A DNA stretch of 63,989 bases, counting the filler, from Octopus bimaculoides (taxonomy: Eukaryota), in the NCBI RefSeq assembly GCF_001194135.2. It is 7 parts of 7 records of this genome, joined end to end, with 100 filler letters (N's around TTAATTAATTAA, not from the genome) between each part and the next. Parts side by side here need not be neighbours in the genome. Positions count along the whole stretch, not along the records: positions 1 to 23,811 come from NC_068986.1; positions 23,912 to 39,334 come from NC_068994.1; 5 more parts are not named here. One strand, given 5' to 3'. The notes beneath the pieces are model-generated. The model ran no database searches, was not told where the DNA came from, and saw nothing but the letters and a program-made list of their open reading frames with translations. Shown piece after piece: positions 13,771 through 27,814 of this stretch. How positions within the stretch are numbered: position 1 is the first letter of the stretch; every line of letters begins with the position of its first letter. The position numbers and the translations under genes were made by a program.

Positions 13771-14299
13771 ACATGTATTATTCTCTGCGACAAGAATAAA
13801 AGCCATGCCCTCTCGTAGAGGTCAGCTGCTTAGTAGATGTGAATATACCATCAAAATAATAAGGATCGGCTGGATGCTCCCGAGGTCGCTGAGATGTGGT
13901 TACTAACAGCAGTTTTGACAGTGACAAAGGAAGATTCAAAAATAATACAAGTGACAAGCTTAAAACAATTGAACTATATTCTATGTCTCCACTGTATATT
14001 TGTATTGTCTGTCCTTGTGCTGTCCCTCCCCAGGAAATACTGCGCGTGTGCGAATAATTGGCACCAATTATTAACCAAGACGTTGTATGTGCATTCCCAC
14101 ATCTCACTAGCTCGTTGTTATGTGAAATGAACTGCTGATACCACCATAGACAAATATTAATATCGTTATTCGTTTTGTTACATAAATCCGAAACATGATT
14201 AGTAGCATATCGTTTGTCTTTAACATTTGAACTCTAATCCTACCTAGGTCGAGATTATATTTCATGATTTCCAGATCGATAAAATACGTAGCAGTTGAG

Positions 14300-14385
14300 T
14301 GATGGGGTCGACGTAATCGACTTACCCACCCCCATAACTGCTGGCCTTGTGCTAAAATTTGAAACCATTGTAATTATTATTTCTG
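14300..14385 (+). mobile_element. SINE family B 3' half (tail type 2)
   Basis: ggggtcgacgtaatcgacttaccc...ggccttgtgc; same tail as at 32671 and 38630. Confidence 0.6.
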
Positions 14386-14410
14386 ATGTAGCTGCTACTA
14401 CCACCAACAC

Positions 14411-14641
14411 ATTTCTTTATTGCCCACAGGGGGCAACACATAAAGGGGACAAACAAGGACAGACAAAGGAATTAAGTCGATTACTTCGACTCCAGTGTGT
14501 AACTGGTGCTTAATTGATCGACCCAGAGAGGGTGAAAAGCAAAGTCGACCTCGGCAGAATTTGAACTCAGAACCTAACGGCAGACGAAATACCGTTAAGC
14601 ATTTCGCCCGGCGTGCTAACGTTTCCGCCAGCTAACCGCCT
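14411..14641 (-). mobile_element. SINE family B (tail type 1)
   Basis: Full-length reverse copy, flanked by a possible TSD ctactac(c/a)ac(c/a)ac. Confidence 0.9.
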
Positions 14642-14664
14642 ACTACAACAACTACTACTACTAC

Positions 14665-16060
14665 ATCCTTTTAAATCAGCAGATTTATGAGGGCAATGTT
14701 GAAAATCGAAACTAATTACGAAATCCGCCTCCAGTGTTCTCTCTTCAATTATATTTCCACAAATTTACTTCGAATCTGAGATATCCTTGTTAATGTCGTT
14801 TCCGAAAGTAGTTCTACCGGGATCTGAATTCCTATTTCAGCAATCTCTGCTTTATTTTATCTGCTATTGTCCCCCAAAGCATCCACAGCTTCAGGTATTA
14901 TATGAACAATTTACATTTCCGTTACTGTACATATTTATCACTTCAGCGTTTCATACTTCCCCTTATTTTCCTTTCCATTTACCGCCATTCTTTTATCCCC
15001 TTATGAACCTGCTTCAATTATCCAAAATGTTCTTCTCCATTTCAGAGATCAGCATATCAAGGCTTCTGCATTACATCTGAATTTAGTGAATGCTGAGCTC
15101 AAAACTAGATTCACTTCATTTCGCTCGTCCACCGTTTTAGACGAGTAAGCATTCCTACTCACCTCTCCTGTCAGAATATGTTATTATAGAAATGGAGTTA
15201 GTGGACAAATCATTTCACTCTTTCAAATGATGTGTATTTATCTATTACATATTATTTGTATTCTATAAAATACCACGCTAAATTATACATCCAGGTTTTC
15301 TGTCTCTTCTACTGTTCCTTTCATATAAACATATATTTTATTATGTAATATATTTTACTTCAATTGAAGAACGTTTAATAAATCATTTGTTTGTATAACA
15401 ACTACATATTTTGCTATATTTTCTTTATTTTTGCCATCGAGAATTAAAAAGAATTCTCGCCTCAGGATCCGGGAAGATGGCATAGATATTACGTATTTTT
15501 TACTTCTTTTTCTATACGATGTTCTATTTTACATTCATTCTAAGTTCTGCTCCATCTCATCCAATGAGCCTACGTGCTTATTATTATAATCATGTATTTG
15601 CCATTCGTTTTTAAAAGATTAAAACTAGCTTCTACTTTGCAAATATTCTTTATCGAATTCAAATTTCATTTTATTTTTGCTGTATCGATTCTTGTTAATA
15701 TATGCCTATATACTTCTCATATTCATTGTTTTATCGCTTACACCTCACTTATATCTATACCATCAGTTATAAATTATTTTCTCTGAACATCGACGCATAC
15801 TCCTCTTGGTATGTTGCATCTATTTTGTCTTTAACATTTTCCATACCTCTTACGATCAGCCATAAATAGTAGACAAATATGTTCGCAATTGTTTCTTCTA
15901 TTAACTCATATTCCATAGTCATTATTCCTAAAGACATCACTTAATATAATAAACAAACAGCTCTGGTAATATTGAATCTCACTGGGAAATAAATCGCATT
16001 AATTCAACATTCCTCATCTCACTCACCTGATGACGTAAATTCCCAGTTCTCGTTTATATG
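14665..16060 (-). mobile_element. Old R4/Dong-like retrotransposon remnant (RT + REL)
   Basis: Decayed RT ISQ*DSILPELFV, HICLLFMADRKRYGK, EKYIGI. REL FWIIEAGS*GDKR..KYETLK..IIPEAVDALG..IGIQIPVELL..FVEI* (stop ~14749). Confidence 0.7.
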
Positions 16061-17099
16061 CTAAAACTAAGGTAGCTATCTTCTTTGTTGTCACAATATC
16101 TAAATTTAGATATATTCTATCCATAGATGGTGACCCAACCTTAAATATACATTGTATTTAAAGCCAGCCAAAATTGTGTGCAGCTCGTATGAACTTTTTC
16201 GTCAACTCAGTATTATTTTGTTATTTAAAAGCAGATATTTATAAACTTAAGTGTTGTACATTAATTATCAGCAATATATTTAGTCAAAATTTGTACATCA
16301 AAGTAAAGCATAATATTGAACAGAAATGTTCTTGACAATCGTTGTATTTCTTTTTATTTCAATGAGTTTGTAGCAGATTTATACCCTGATTCTAATTTGG
16401 AGTGTAATGGTTTTCAAACACGAAACGTAACCGATATTTTGTCACGCCAGCAAAAATATGACGAACGGTTTTTCAAATAATCCTCGGTGTCTTGTGAAAA
16501 CAAATGACGGATGAAATGAGGTTAAGAAAAATGTAGCCAATGATTGTCAATGATTAAAACATCGAGTTCTTTGAACGACATTAGAAAAATCTTAACGGAT
16601 CAAAAACAGTCGAACGAAAATCAGTCAACCTTCATTTCGGTTAATATCAGCTTATAGAAAGAATAGCAAACAACAGCAATGAAACTGAGTCAGACGAACA
16701 GAAACAAACTATATCGGGTCACTGCTCACTAAATAGCGAGCTGATAGCGGGAGACAAGATACTGTTGACAATAAGAACAACAGTAGCTGTCAGTCACGAG
16801 CAATGAAGCATTACTACAAACAAAATTCTTTGTGTAGCTAATACTTATTAACAAAAGGCTACTGGAACTTTAGTCGTGCGATTATTTTCGGCTGAATGTA
16901 TTTTCACAGCCTTGATGTCAGGCAAATACCAATGTTCCTCAAGCTAAACCCTCCGTTACAACATTTATCATCACACAGGAAAATATGTATATTATATTAT
17001 TAAAATGAATTCCGTATTTCTACACTTGCTTTTTTTTCCCTGACGGAGAGATGCTTCATTAAAAAAAAAAAAAAAAAAATTCCTAAAGTAACAAAAATA

Positions 17100-18740
17100 T
17101 ATTTAGACGTACTGTCTGCGACATGTTCAACTCTTTTGTCTTTCTTTTTCATTATACCTTTACAAGTCTTTTAACGCAGACATCGCACTTTCATTTGTCA
17201 TCCATTCTGAGAACCTATTCTCACCGCCTGTTTCTTTTCTTTTCCTTCAATCCTAAGTCTATATGCATTCAAATTAGTTTTCTCACCCACTACCAATGAA
17301 TGCCCCTGAGATATCGGACTGGTCGAGTGGCAGTTTTAATACGCTGTTTATTTTATATCCTCTATAAAAAAAAGAACCATATTTTCTGTCTATTGACTAT
17401 TTTTCTTCGCCTTTCACTGTTTATATTTATTCAGATTCAGTAATATGCTTCATTTCCCTAACAAAATTTATTTGGAGAACTTACTTTCCTGCGTCGTATA
17501 TGACCTATGATTGATCTTCCATTCCGCTTCAACTGATTATAACCGATTCAGTTCATTTTATGCGTGCATCAACTGATTTTTACATTTTCCTCCCAAAATA
17601 TTAACTGATGCAACTCTTTTATCAGATTCACACCTTTCTTTTTATCTTATAGTTTCCCCTTAATTCAGTATTTATCTCTTGGAATTTCAGGTGAACTACA
17701 TTTCTTCGTTGTAATAAACATACATTGGATCTGTTTATTTTGCATTCTCTGTTCTCCTCTGCTACTATGGTTTTATCTGCTCAACTGCCAAGTCTAATAC
17801 CAAGTCTAATTCCATCACATTCTCTGCATTATCTGCTTTCATCAAATTGTTAATTTCCGTTATAATGTTTCTTTTCTGACGATGGTTAATTTAATTAAGT
17901 TTTCAGGTAATTCTTTCCAACTTAGACCTATCACAATTTCTAAATCCTCATTCAGTCACTAAAATGTTTCTTTTGCAGGATTTGAACAATATTTCTCAGT
18001 CTTTCATGATCTTCGCCTAATCCATTATGCTCTTACAAAAGGATTTTAATTCAACCTTGCTTGAAAATCAGTTTAAAAATGCAGAATACACGAAAAATTA
18101 CCTGTTATTTTATTCCTTACACTTCTATCTTTTGCCTCAGCGGCATATGTAAGTGAGATTTCTGGTTTCATTGTTCCAAGTTCCAATATTGTGAAGCACA
18201 AACTTCGCTTATCATTCTGTTTTTGGTCAAACATTCTTTCATTACCTTCCTCCATCATACATTTCCATTGATATATCGCATGCATTTGTAGTCATTATAT
18301 CCTTGCAACCAAACCCGGTTTGTGCATATGCTTCCATCACAAGTAACAATCAATACTAATCTTGCATTCATGCTTAATCGGAATTTCACTCTACACATTC
18401 GTTACCGGTATAAATAATGGTACCAAGGTATTTTACAAGAATTCATAAATTCGTATGTTTCTATATTTTACAAATATATCTTTCAGTATTTTAGTACCAC
18501 AATGTGTTTACTGTAGCAATATCTTATGAGCTGCCCCCTTGCATTTCTATAATCTATACACCACACTGCTGATGACTTTTATCTGTAAAGTTTCTATTAA
18601 TGGTCATATGTATTCCTCTGTCTCTTTGAGCCTTTTGGCTAATAACGCAAAAATTATTCCTCTCTGGCAGATTCAATAGTGTGTTGGAGAGAGAAAATCA
18701 CCTTGCAGTATTTGTTCCCAATTTTGATATTCTCGTAGGA
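17100..18740 (-). mobile_element. Heavily decayed non-LTR retrotransposon remnant(s)
   Basis: RT-like ILQGDFLSP (18685-18705) and KYLGT (~18422-18433); an RTE-like SEWMTNE linker near 17200. Probably more than one element. Confidence 0.45.
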
Positions 18741-18914
18741 AAGCTTTAAGAAATACTTGTTGCATTTAATCCTTTCGGAGTCGAAAAAGAGAGTTCAAGT
18801 CGGTTAGTAGCCATCTATCCAATCAGCAAAAAGCTTCACCTCAGAATTCCTGGAATTGTGTCTGAATTCTGAACAGTTGTTATTGCTATTATTTATTTTT
18901 TTTTTTTTGACTGA

Positions 18915-19331
18915 CAAAGCAGTACATGCCATCAAACTGACACGGATAAAATATACAAAACCCCAAAATACCAATCATGACTACAGAATCATGTGTGTCA
19001 CATGGCGATCGTATATATAGATAAGCAGCGCATGAGCTTGCAGGTGAGGTCCAGTTAGATTTATTCAAACCCCAAAGAATTCCTCTCGACACATGGCTAT
19101 GATGCTCCCCCACTACTTGCGCTCATGACAAGAGATGCACATAATCATCAGCCACCAAGGGACATGCTCAACTGGTTAAGGTCAAGCAACTGACAAGCAA
19201 ATCTGTGGTGTTAAGCAGAATATTTGCTGTAGCCCATCTTTTATACCAACACAAAACAATGTACATGATAACATTTCCAATCAATTAATATCAGAAGCCA
19301 TGAGAGCCACTGCCTGGTATTGCATCCGGGC

Positions 19332-19395
<64 letters not shown>
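18915..19395 (+). mobile_element. Interspersed repeat with an (ATT)n tail (family E), probably retroposed
   Basis: Only one copy here. Recalled as a common octopus repeat; GC-richer body ending directly in (TTA)n(TTG)n. Confidence 0.4.
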
Positions 19396-19397
19396 GG

Positions 19398-19445
<48 letters not shown>

Positions 19446-20275
19446 CATTGTTGTNNNNNNNNNNNNNNNNNNNNNNNNNNNNNNNNNNNNNNNNNNNNNN
19501 NNNNNNNNNNNNNNNNNNNNNNNNNNNNNNNNNNNNNNNNNNNNNNNNNNNNNNNNNNNNNNNNNNNNNNNNNNNNNNNNNNNNNNNNNNNNNNNNNNNN
19601 NNNNNNNNNNNNNNNNNNNNNNNNNNNNNNNNNNNNNNNNNNNNNNNNNNNNNNNNNNNNNNNNNNNNNNNNNNNNNNNNNNNNNNNNNNNNNNNNNNNN
19701 NNNNNNNNNNNNNNNNNNNNNNNNNNNNNNNNNNNNNNNNNNNNNNNNNNNNNNNNNNNNNNNNNNNNNNNNNNNNNNNNNNNNNNNNNNNNNNNNNNNN
19801 NNNNNNNNNNNNNNNNNNNNNNNNNNNNNNNNNNNNNNNNNNNNNNNNNNNNNNNNNNNNNNNNNNNNNNNNNNNNNNNNNNNNNNNNNNNNNNNNNNNN
19901 NNNNNNNNNNNNNNNNNNNNNNNNNNNNNNNNNNNNNNNNNNNNNNNNNNNNNNNNNNNNNNNNNNNNNNNNNNNNNNNNNNNNNNNNNNNNNNNNNNNN
20001 NNNNNNNNNNNNNNNNNNNNNNNNNNNNNNNNNNNNNNNNNNNNNNNNNNNNNNNNNNNNNNNNNNNNNNNNNNNNNNNNNNNNNNNNNNNNNNNNNNNN
20101 NNNNNNNNNNNNNNNNNNNNNNNNNNNNNNNNNNNNNNNNNNNNNNNNNNNNNNNNNNNNNNNNNNNNNNNNNNNNNNNNNNNNNNNNNNNNNNNNNNNN
20201 NNNNNNNNNNNNNNNNNNNNNNNNNNNNNNNNNNNNNNNNNNNNNNNNNNNNNNNNNNNNNNNNNNNNNNNNNNN

Positions 20276-20309
<34 letters not shown>

Positions 20310-20507
20310 CGAAAGAGAGAGAGATAGATAGATAAAGAGATACATATACACACACACACACACATATATATCCACATATATATACACAAACACATATATA
20401 CGTATCATTACGTATGGGCTTTACATGTATTCATGTATATATATATATATGATTGTGTAATATATAAATATATATATATATGTATATATATACACTTTTA
20501 TATGGGT

Positions 20508-20553
20508 ATATAGATAGATGGATAGATAGATAGATAGATAGATAGATAACTTT

Positions 20554-20586
<33 letters not shown>

Positions 20587-20590
20587 TATG
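20508..20590. repeat. (GATA)n microsatellite
   Basis: Seen directly. Confidence 0.95.
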
Positions 20591-20894
20591 CAGACAGACA
20601 GGTGGGCAGATAGGTATATGAGTTTTCTGTGATGATTTTAATAACATACACATAGAAGCAGTGTTTTACTTTTCTCCGTTTCCAACAATGAGGGTATTCA
20701 AATGCATAAGAGTCGAAGACAATAATCCAGAGACCATTATTTAATCAGAAGGTGGTTGAAATCGCATCTCCCACGAACTTCGTATCCCAGGGATCCTCGT
20801 AACAGTATGAATGAAAGAAGATATGAATATTCAGTATAGATATCGCATTCTGCGTTTGGAAGAGAATTCTTTGTATTTAGGCTGCTGTACTCAC

Positions 20895-21088
20895 GATCGA
20901 ATGATAGTAGTTTCGATTTTTCAGATCTGGCCTTGTGCAGTGATGACGAAGAAAATACTTTTTTTTTTTGCCATTGATCCAATCCATTCAATTGTAATTC
21001 GGTATCCCAGCAGTAATCTTTCATCCCGTTCAGTGGGGCATGTTTTTCTCTCAGTAACTTATACGCCATCAGATCCAAATAATCAGAC
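20895..21088 (-). CDS. Probable internal exon (194 nt, phase 2-1), SDYLDLMAYKLLREKHAPLNGMKDYCWDTELQLNGLDQWQKKKVFSSSSLHKARSEKSKLLSFD
   Basis: Strong acceptor tattattctcttcacgtag|G, strong donor ATC|gtgagt, 64 open codons with protein-like composition. Product not recognised. Confidence 0.6.
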
Positions 21089-21642
21089 CTACGTGAAGAG
21101 AATAATATACAGGGAATATTAATGACGAGAATGCTGATAATGTTGATGATGATGACAGCCATGATGATGATGATGTTAGTGGTGATGGTAGTGGCGATGT
21201 GATGACGATGATGTGGAGGAGAGGTTGATCTGAATAAGAGGAATAGAAAGGCAGCCATGCGTTAGTATGAGAAAGGCAGAAGAAAGGACATCCTACTAGT
21301 TATATAACATGATAAGGGTGCTTAAATGGAAACGAGAAAGAGAATTCCATCAGTGATTTGGCATCTATGATCAAAACAAAAACGAATAAATGATAATAGC
21401 CAAGAAAGGAAAAAACAAGTTACTAATACTAATGATCGTTCAACAACGTCTGGCTAAACAAATTTGCGCCTTGTCTAGGTTATGCTTACCATGGCTGAAT
21501 GAACGAATTTCATCTTCTAGATGTAAACAATTTCATCTAATACATAGACTTAAACGCGCCAACACCGGTTGACAAGCGGCGATGGGGGAAAAACACTGAT
21601 ACAAAGCCACGTATGCACTCACACAAACACACAAACACACAT

Positions 21643-21701
<59 letters not shown>

Positions 21702-21814
21702 TACAGAATCTGAGGAAACAATATCCGCGTAAGGGATTGTTAAAAATACTCCTAATGCCAACTGGGTTTCACCAAATATATTGATTAAAAGTTCATCAAT
21801 ATATGTGTATAAAC

Positions 21815-23811
<1,997 letters not shown>

Positions 23812-23911
23812 NNNNNNNNNNNNNNNNNNNNNNNNNNNNNNNNNNNNNNNNNNNNTTAATTAATTAANNNNNNNNNNNNNNNNNNNNNNNNNNNNNNNNN
23901 NNNNNNNNNNN
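23812..23911. other. Artificial assembly spacer 44N-TTAATTAATTAA-44N (also 39335-39434, 46928-47027, 57641-57740, 59638-59737, 61599-61698)
   Basis: Six identical 100-nt constructs; the 12-mer puts TAA in all six frames. Confidence 0.97.
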
Positions 23912-24311
23912 AACAGAGAGAAAGTGCATATATTAGTCAGGTTTCATTAATAAATTTTAATGTTTCTCTTTCCACCACCACCACCACCACCATCAACCTC
24001 ATCCCTTTTGATGGCTGTAGCCATCACCATACCTTAATTACATTACCACCTCACATCACCACGACCTCACCACCACCAGCCCTAACCAGGCCCTTCAACA
24101 GCACATCAAACCTTCACTAGTAACACCACACAGAGGAGGCCTTCCTTATACTACCACTGTCAACAATGTTCCTGTTCACAAAATGCAATATAAAAGCAAT
24201 AAATACAATTATCTAGTTTTTTAGGTACACTAATTAATGTCCAAGCATCTAACCCCAGCTGCAAAAAGAAAAGCGAAACGGACAGAATCATGAAAATAAA
24301 TAATAGTTTAA

Positions 24312-24654
24312 CCTTTTGGTTACCATATTTCTGTTGAAGTATATACCATGTTTGTTTCAATTAATTTAGATTGGGTTTTGGAACATGAACATGAAAGTTG
24401 AATGGAATGTTTAAATTTCGATCATTTTAATCCTTTTCTTATTACCTTTCTATCAAAATACACAACTTTTGTTTCATTTAATTTAGAAAATAATGAGCAA
24501 TTTAGTAAAACAAACTCAGTTGTTGTTAATCTGGGTTTTGGAACATAAATTAACATGGAATTTGAAAAGAAGGTTTTAATTTCGATTACTTTAAAACTGT
24601 AAGTTTGTACAAATAGAAACATATGCATTCTCAGGCCAGCAGGTATTGAAAGGG
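24312..24654. mobile_element. piggyBac-type MITE
   Basis: TTAA|CCTTTT.. and ..TGAAAGGG|TTAA ends, with an internal duplicated ggttttggaacat..tttcgat block. Confidence 0.55.
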
Positions 24655-24945
24655 TTAACTAATGACTGGAACAAGTAAATGAATAAAAGAATGTCTCCCT
24701 GACTGAAGACATGTTGAACTGTGTGAAGTATTCAACAAAGAAACATAGTTGGGTTTTTTTGCAATAAAAACATCTAAACCAAATTTTTTCATTAACCCCC
24801 AAAATACTACTGTGAATCCCCAAAAGCCCTGTATGGACCGCCAGGTATGGATTAGACAGTTTAATAGAATCTGGTGAGATGCATGGCTGAATCATGCTCC
24901 ATGCCATTGCTGGAATGGTTTCTACGTCTGGATGCCCTTCATAAT

Positions 24946-25176
24946 TATTTCATTATTGCCCACAAGGGGCTAAACATAGAGGGAACAAACAAGGACAGAC
25001 AAAGGGATTAAGACGATTACATCGACCCCAGTGCGCAATTAGTACTTATTTAATCGACCCCGAAAGTATGAAAGGTAAAGTCAACCTCGGCATAATTTGA
25101 ATTCAAAATATAAAGGAAGATGAAATACCGCTAAGCATTTCAACTGGTGTGCTAATAATCCTGCCAGCTCGCCGAG
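24946..25176 (-). mobile_element. SINE family B inserted into a family C SINE, with a 9-bp TSD
   Basis: CTTCATAAT at 24937-24945 and 25177-25185. Removing the insert rejoins ctggatgcccttc|ataatgccaaccact of family C. Confidence 0.88.
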
Positions 25177-25910
25177 CTTCATAATGCCAACCACTTTACA
25201 GTGTGTACTGGGTGCTTTTTGCATGACCCCAANNNNNNNNNNNNNNNNNNNNNNNNNNNNNNNNNNNNNNNNNNNNNNNAAAATATGCTTTTTACCAATT
25301 TTTTTAACCAAAACATTCCAAATCACATTGTTTTCTCTTGAGAATATTAAAAAAAAAAATTTTTTTTTTTTTTAAACTTTCATTAAAATTCTTTATCAAA
25401 ATTCCAAGTTCAGAAATCAATTTTGAGACATTTTCACCACATTTTGATAAAACGTTTAGGTCAATTTTGTCACCTGATTGATGTCGTGTGTGTGTGTGTG
25501 TGTATATATATGTGCATGTATGTGCGTGTGTGTGCATGTATGTGCGTGTGTGTGCATGTGTCTGTGTATGTGTGTGTGCGCTTGTGTGCATGTGTGTATA
25601 TGAACTCAGTTGTTATTCTTAAAACTGATTTAAAGTAACATTACTTTAACTTATACACACACATTAGATACATACATATATATATATATATACATACATA
25701 CATACACACATTATATATATATATATATATATATAGATATATATATATACATGTATGTATGAATATAGATATATGTGTATATATACGTGTATGTATGTAT
25801 GTATGTATCTATGTATATATGTATGTATATTATATGTATGTATGTATATGTAAGATATGTAATGTGCAGCTTCTCTGACAATGTAAAGTCTCTCTTCTCA
25901 TTACACCATC

Positions 25911-27698
25911 TCACACTTTATTATTTCTACTTTTGTGTTTCCCTGTTAGAGTCTTTAATTTGACTGTGTTAGAGGATTCTGTCATGTCTGTATTAAGAAG
26001 CTTGTAAAGGTTTTCATTCGATGGAGATCTGCTGCCCTCTACTGTTGCCGCAAACATGGGTTTCTTTTGATCCACAACATCTGCCACAGTACTGCAGCCC
26101 TCGCCAGGTTTGTCCGCATCTGATTCCATGTTGGACGGAGCAGTTGGAAGCATTGAGTTATCACTTGGTGATTTTTTTAACCCCGAAGAAATTCTCTTGG
26201 TAGCTGGAAGTTTCCTCACTCTCGCTGTGTCACAGAAACTCGCGGCATGTTCACCATTCGAGCTTCGGTCTGACAACTGACCATGCTCATTGTCAATGTC
26301 ATCAATGAAACTGGAACCATCCGAGTCTGTCACAGCTATGACATCGCTCTCATTCCCATGGCTAAAACTACTGTTTGTTGCGCTACAGCTCAGCACATCA
26401 ATATCCTCATCAGCCTTCATATTGTTTGGCCGACCCTCATCTGGTTTTGAAGCCAACACATCTGCATCCTGAATGTCAACGAGACCAGCAGATGCTTCCA
26501 CGACATTTGTGACCACTGCTGATGATGAAGAGACTATCTCGTCCAGCGGTTCGCAAGTCTTTATGCTGTCCAGCCAGTTCCAACAGCGGCGCGAGTTTTC
26601 TTCCAAATAAATACGTTCATCCTGCACATTACTGTAACCACCAAGTCGAAGTTCTTCAAGTTTAGCCTCGGCCAGAGACACCATTAGCGTGTCGTCCGGC
26701 AAGTCTTTTTCGTTGATCACCACATGACTGCGCGTACGATGGATTCTTGGTGGCGCCCTCACTCTTCGCAGGCGCCGCGGCGAGGACGAATTGGAGTAGG
26801 AGTGGTCGCTTGTACACTGCAAAATATGTTTCGGTCTCTCTGAAGCCGCTGCTGGACAGTGTGGACTTGTGGAAGAGAAATGACCAAATTCAGAAGGCTG
26901 CAACGGCTGTNNNNNNNNNNNNNNNNNNNNNNNNNNNNNNNNNNNNNNNNNNNNNNNNNNNNNNNNNNNNNNNNNNNNNNNNNNNNNNNNNNNNNNNNNN
27001 NNNNNNNNNNNNNNNNNNNNNNNNNNNNNNNNNNNNNNNNNNNNNNNNNNNNNNNNNNNNNNNNNNNNNNNNNNNNNNNNNNNNNNNNNNNNNNNNNNNN
27101 NNNNNNNNNNNNNNNNNNNNNNNNNNNNNNNNNNNNNNNNNNNNNNNNNNNNNNNNNNNNNNNNNNNNNNNNNNNNNNNNNNNNNNNNNNNNNNNNNNNN
27201 NNNNNNNNNNNNNNNNNNNNNNNNNNNNNNNNNNNNNNNNNNNNNNNNNNNNNNNNNNNNNNNNNNNNNNNNNNNNNNNNNNNNNNNNNNNNNNNNNNNN
27301 NNNNNNNNNNNNNNNNNNNNNNGATGTGGATGCTTTGTGTGAGGTGAAGCTACCAGCGAACTATTTTGCAAATGAAGGCAGCCAGGACAATGAACCGACT
27401 GATTGTGAAGGCTACCACCACCACCACTGCCACCGCCACCGCCACCACAACCACCCCCACAAGCTGTACTATTGGTCACTTCTTCCATATTCCCACACAC
27501 ATCTCCTCTTCCGACAGTACAGCTGCCACTGTTAGCCAACCCATCTACACCACTTCCGCCACTGACCACACCCGAATTACTCGGCGTCGGAAGAACTCTT
27601 TGATTGTTTGTCACAAAATCTCTCCAACTTGGTGGTTTAGGAGGTTTCAGTTGAAACGCTAAACACTCATTCTTCAAAGAATTTCGATACATTTTCTC
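25911..27698 (-). CDS. Large terminal exon or ORF of an uncharacterised, mostly disordered Ser/Gly/Asp-rich protein (~590 aa including a 412-N gap)
   Basis: Open on both sides of the gap in the same frame, GC-richer than the flanks, with a poly-Gly tract and motifs LKPPKPPSW and EERIYLEENSRRCWNWL-like. Stop at 25911-25913. The 5' boundary (ATG at 27692 versus AG acceptor at 27699-27700) is unresolved. Confidence 0.75.
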   Translation of the reverse strand, partial: EKMYRNSLKNECLAFQLKPPKPPSWRDFVTNNQRVLPTPSNSGVVSGGSGVDGLANSGSCTVGRGDVCGNMEEVTNSTACGGGCGGGGGGSGGGGSLHNQSVHCPGCLHLQNSSLVASPHTKHPHXXXXXXXXXXXXXXXXXXXXXXXXXXXXXXXXXXXXXXXXXXXXXXXXXXXXXXXXXXXXXXXXXXXXXXXXXXXXXXXXXXXXXXXXXXXXXXXXXXXXXXXXXXXXXXXXXXXXXXXXXXXXXXXXXXXXXXXXXXQPLQPSEFGHFSSTSPHCPAAASERPKHILQCTSDHSYSNSSSPRRLRRVRAPPRIHRTRSHVVINEKDLPDDTLMVSLAEAKLEELRLGGYSNVQDERIYLEENSRRCWNWLDSIKTCEPLDEIVSSSSAVVTNVVEASAGLVDIQDADVLASKPDEGRPNNMKADEDIDVLSCSATNSSFSHGNESDVIAVTDSDGSSFIDDIDNEHGQLSDRSSNGEHAASFCDTARVRKLPATKRISSGLKKSPSDNSMLPTAPSNMESDADKPGEGCSTVADVVDQKKPMFAATVEGSRSPSNENLYKLLNTDMTESSNTVKLKTLTGKHKSRNNKV

Positions 27699-27814
27699 CT
27701 ATTTTTATTTATTTGTTTTTCCTTAATTTAATGTTGATTGGCTAATAAATACATAATTGGGTGAAAAATGCTTCGGTTCTGAGGGGACAAAGAAAAATCG
27801 TTGCACAAGTGCAG

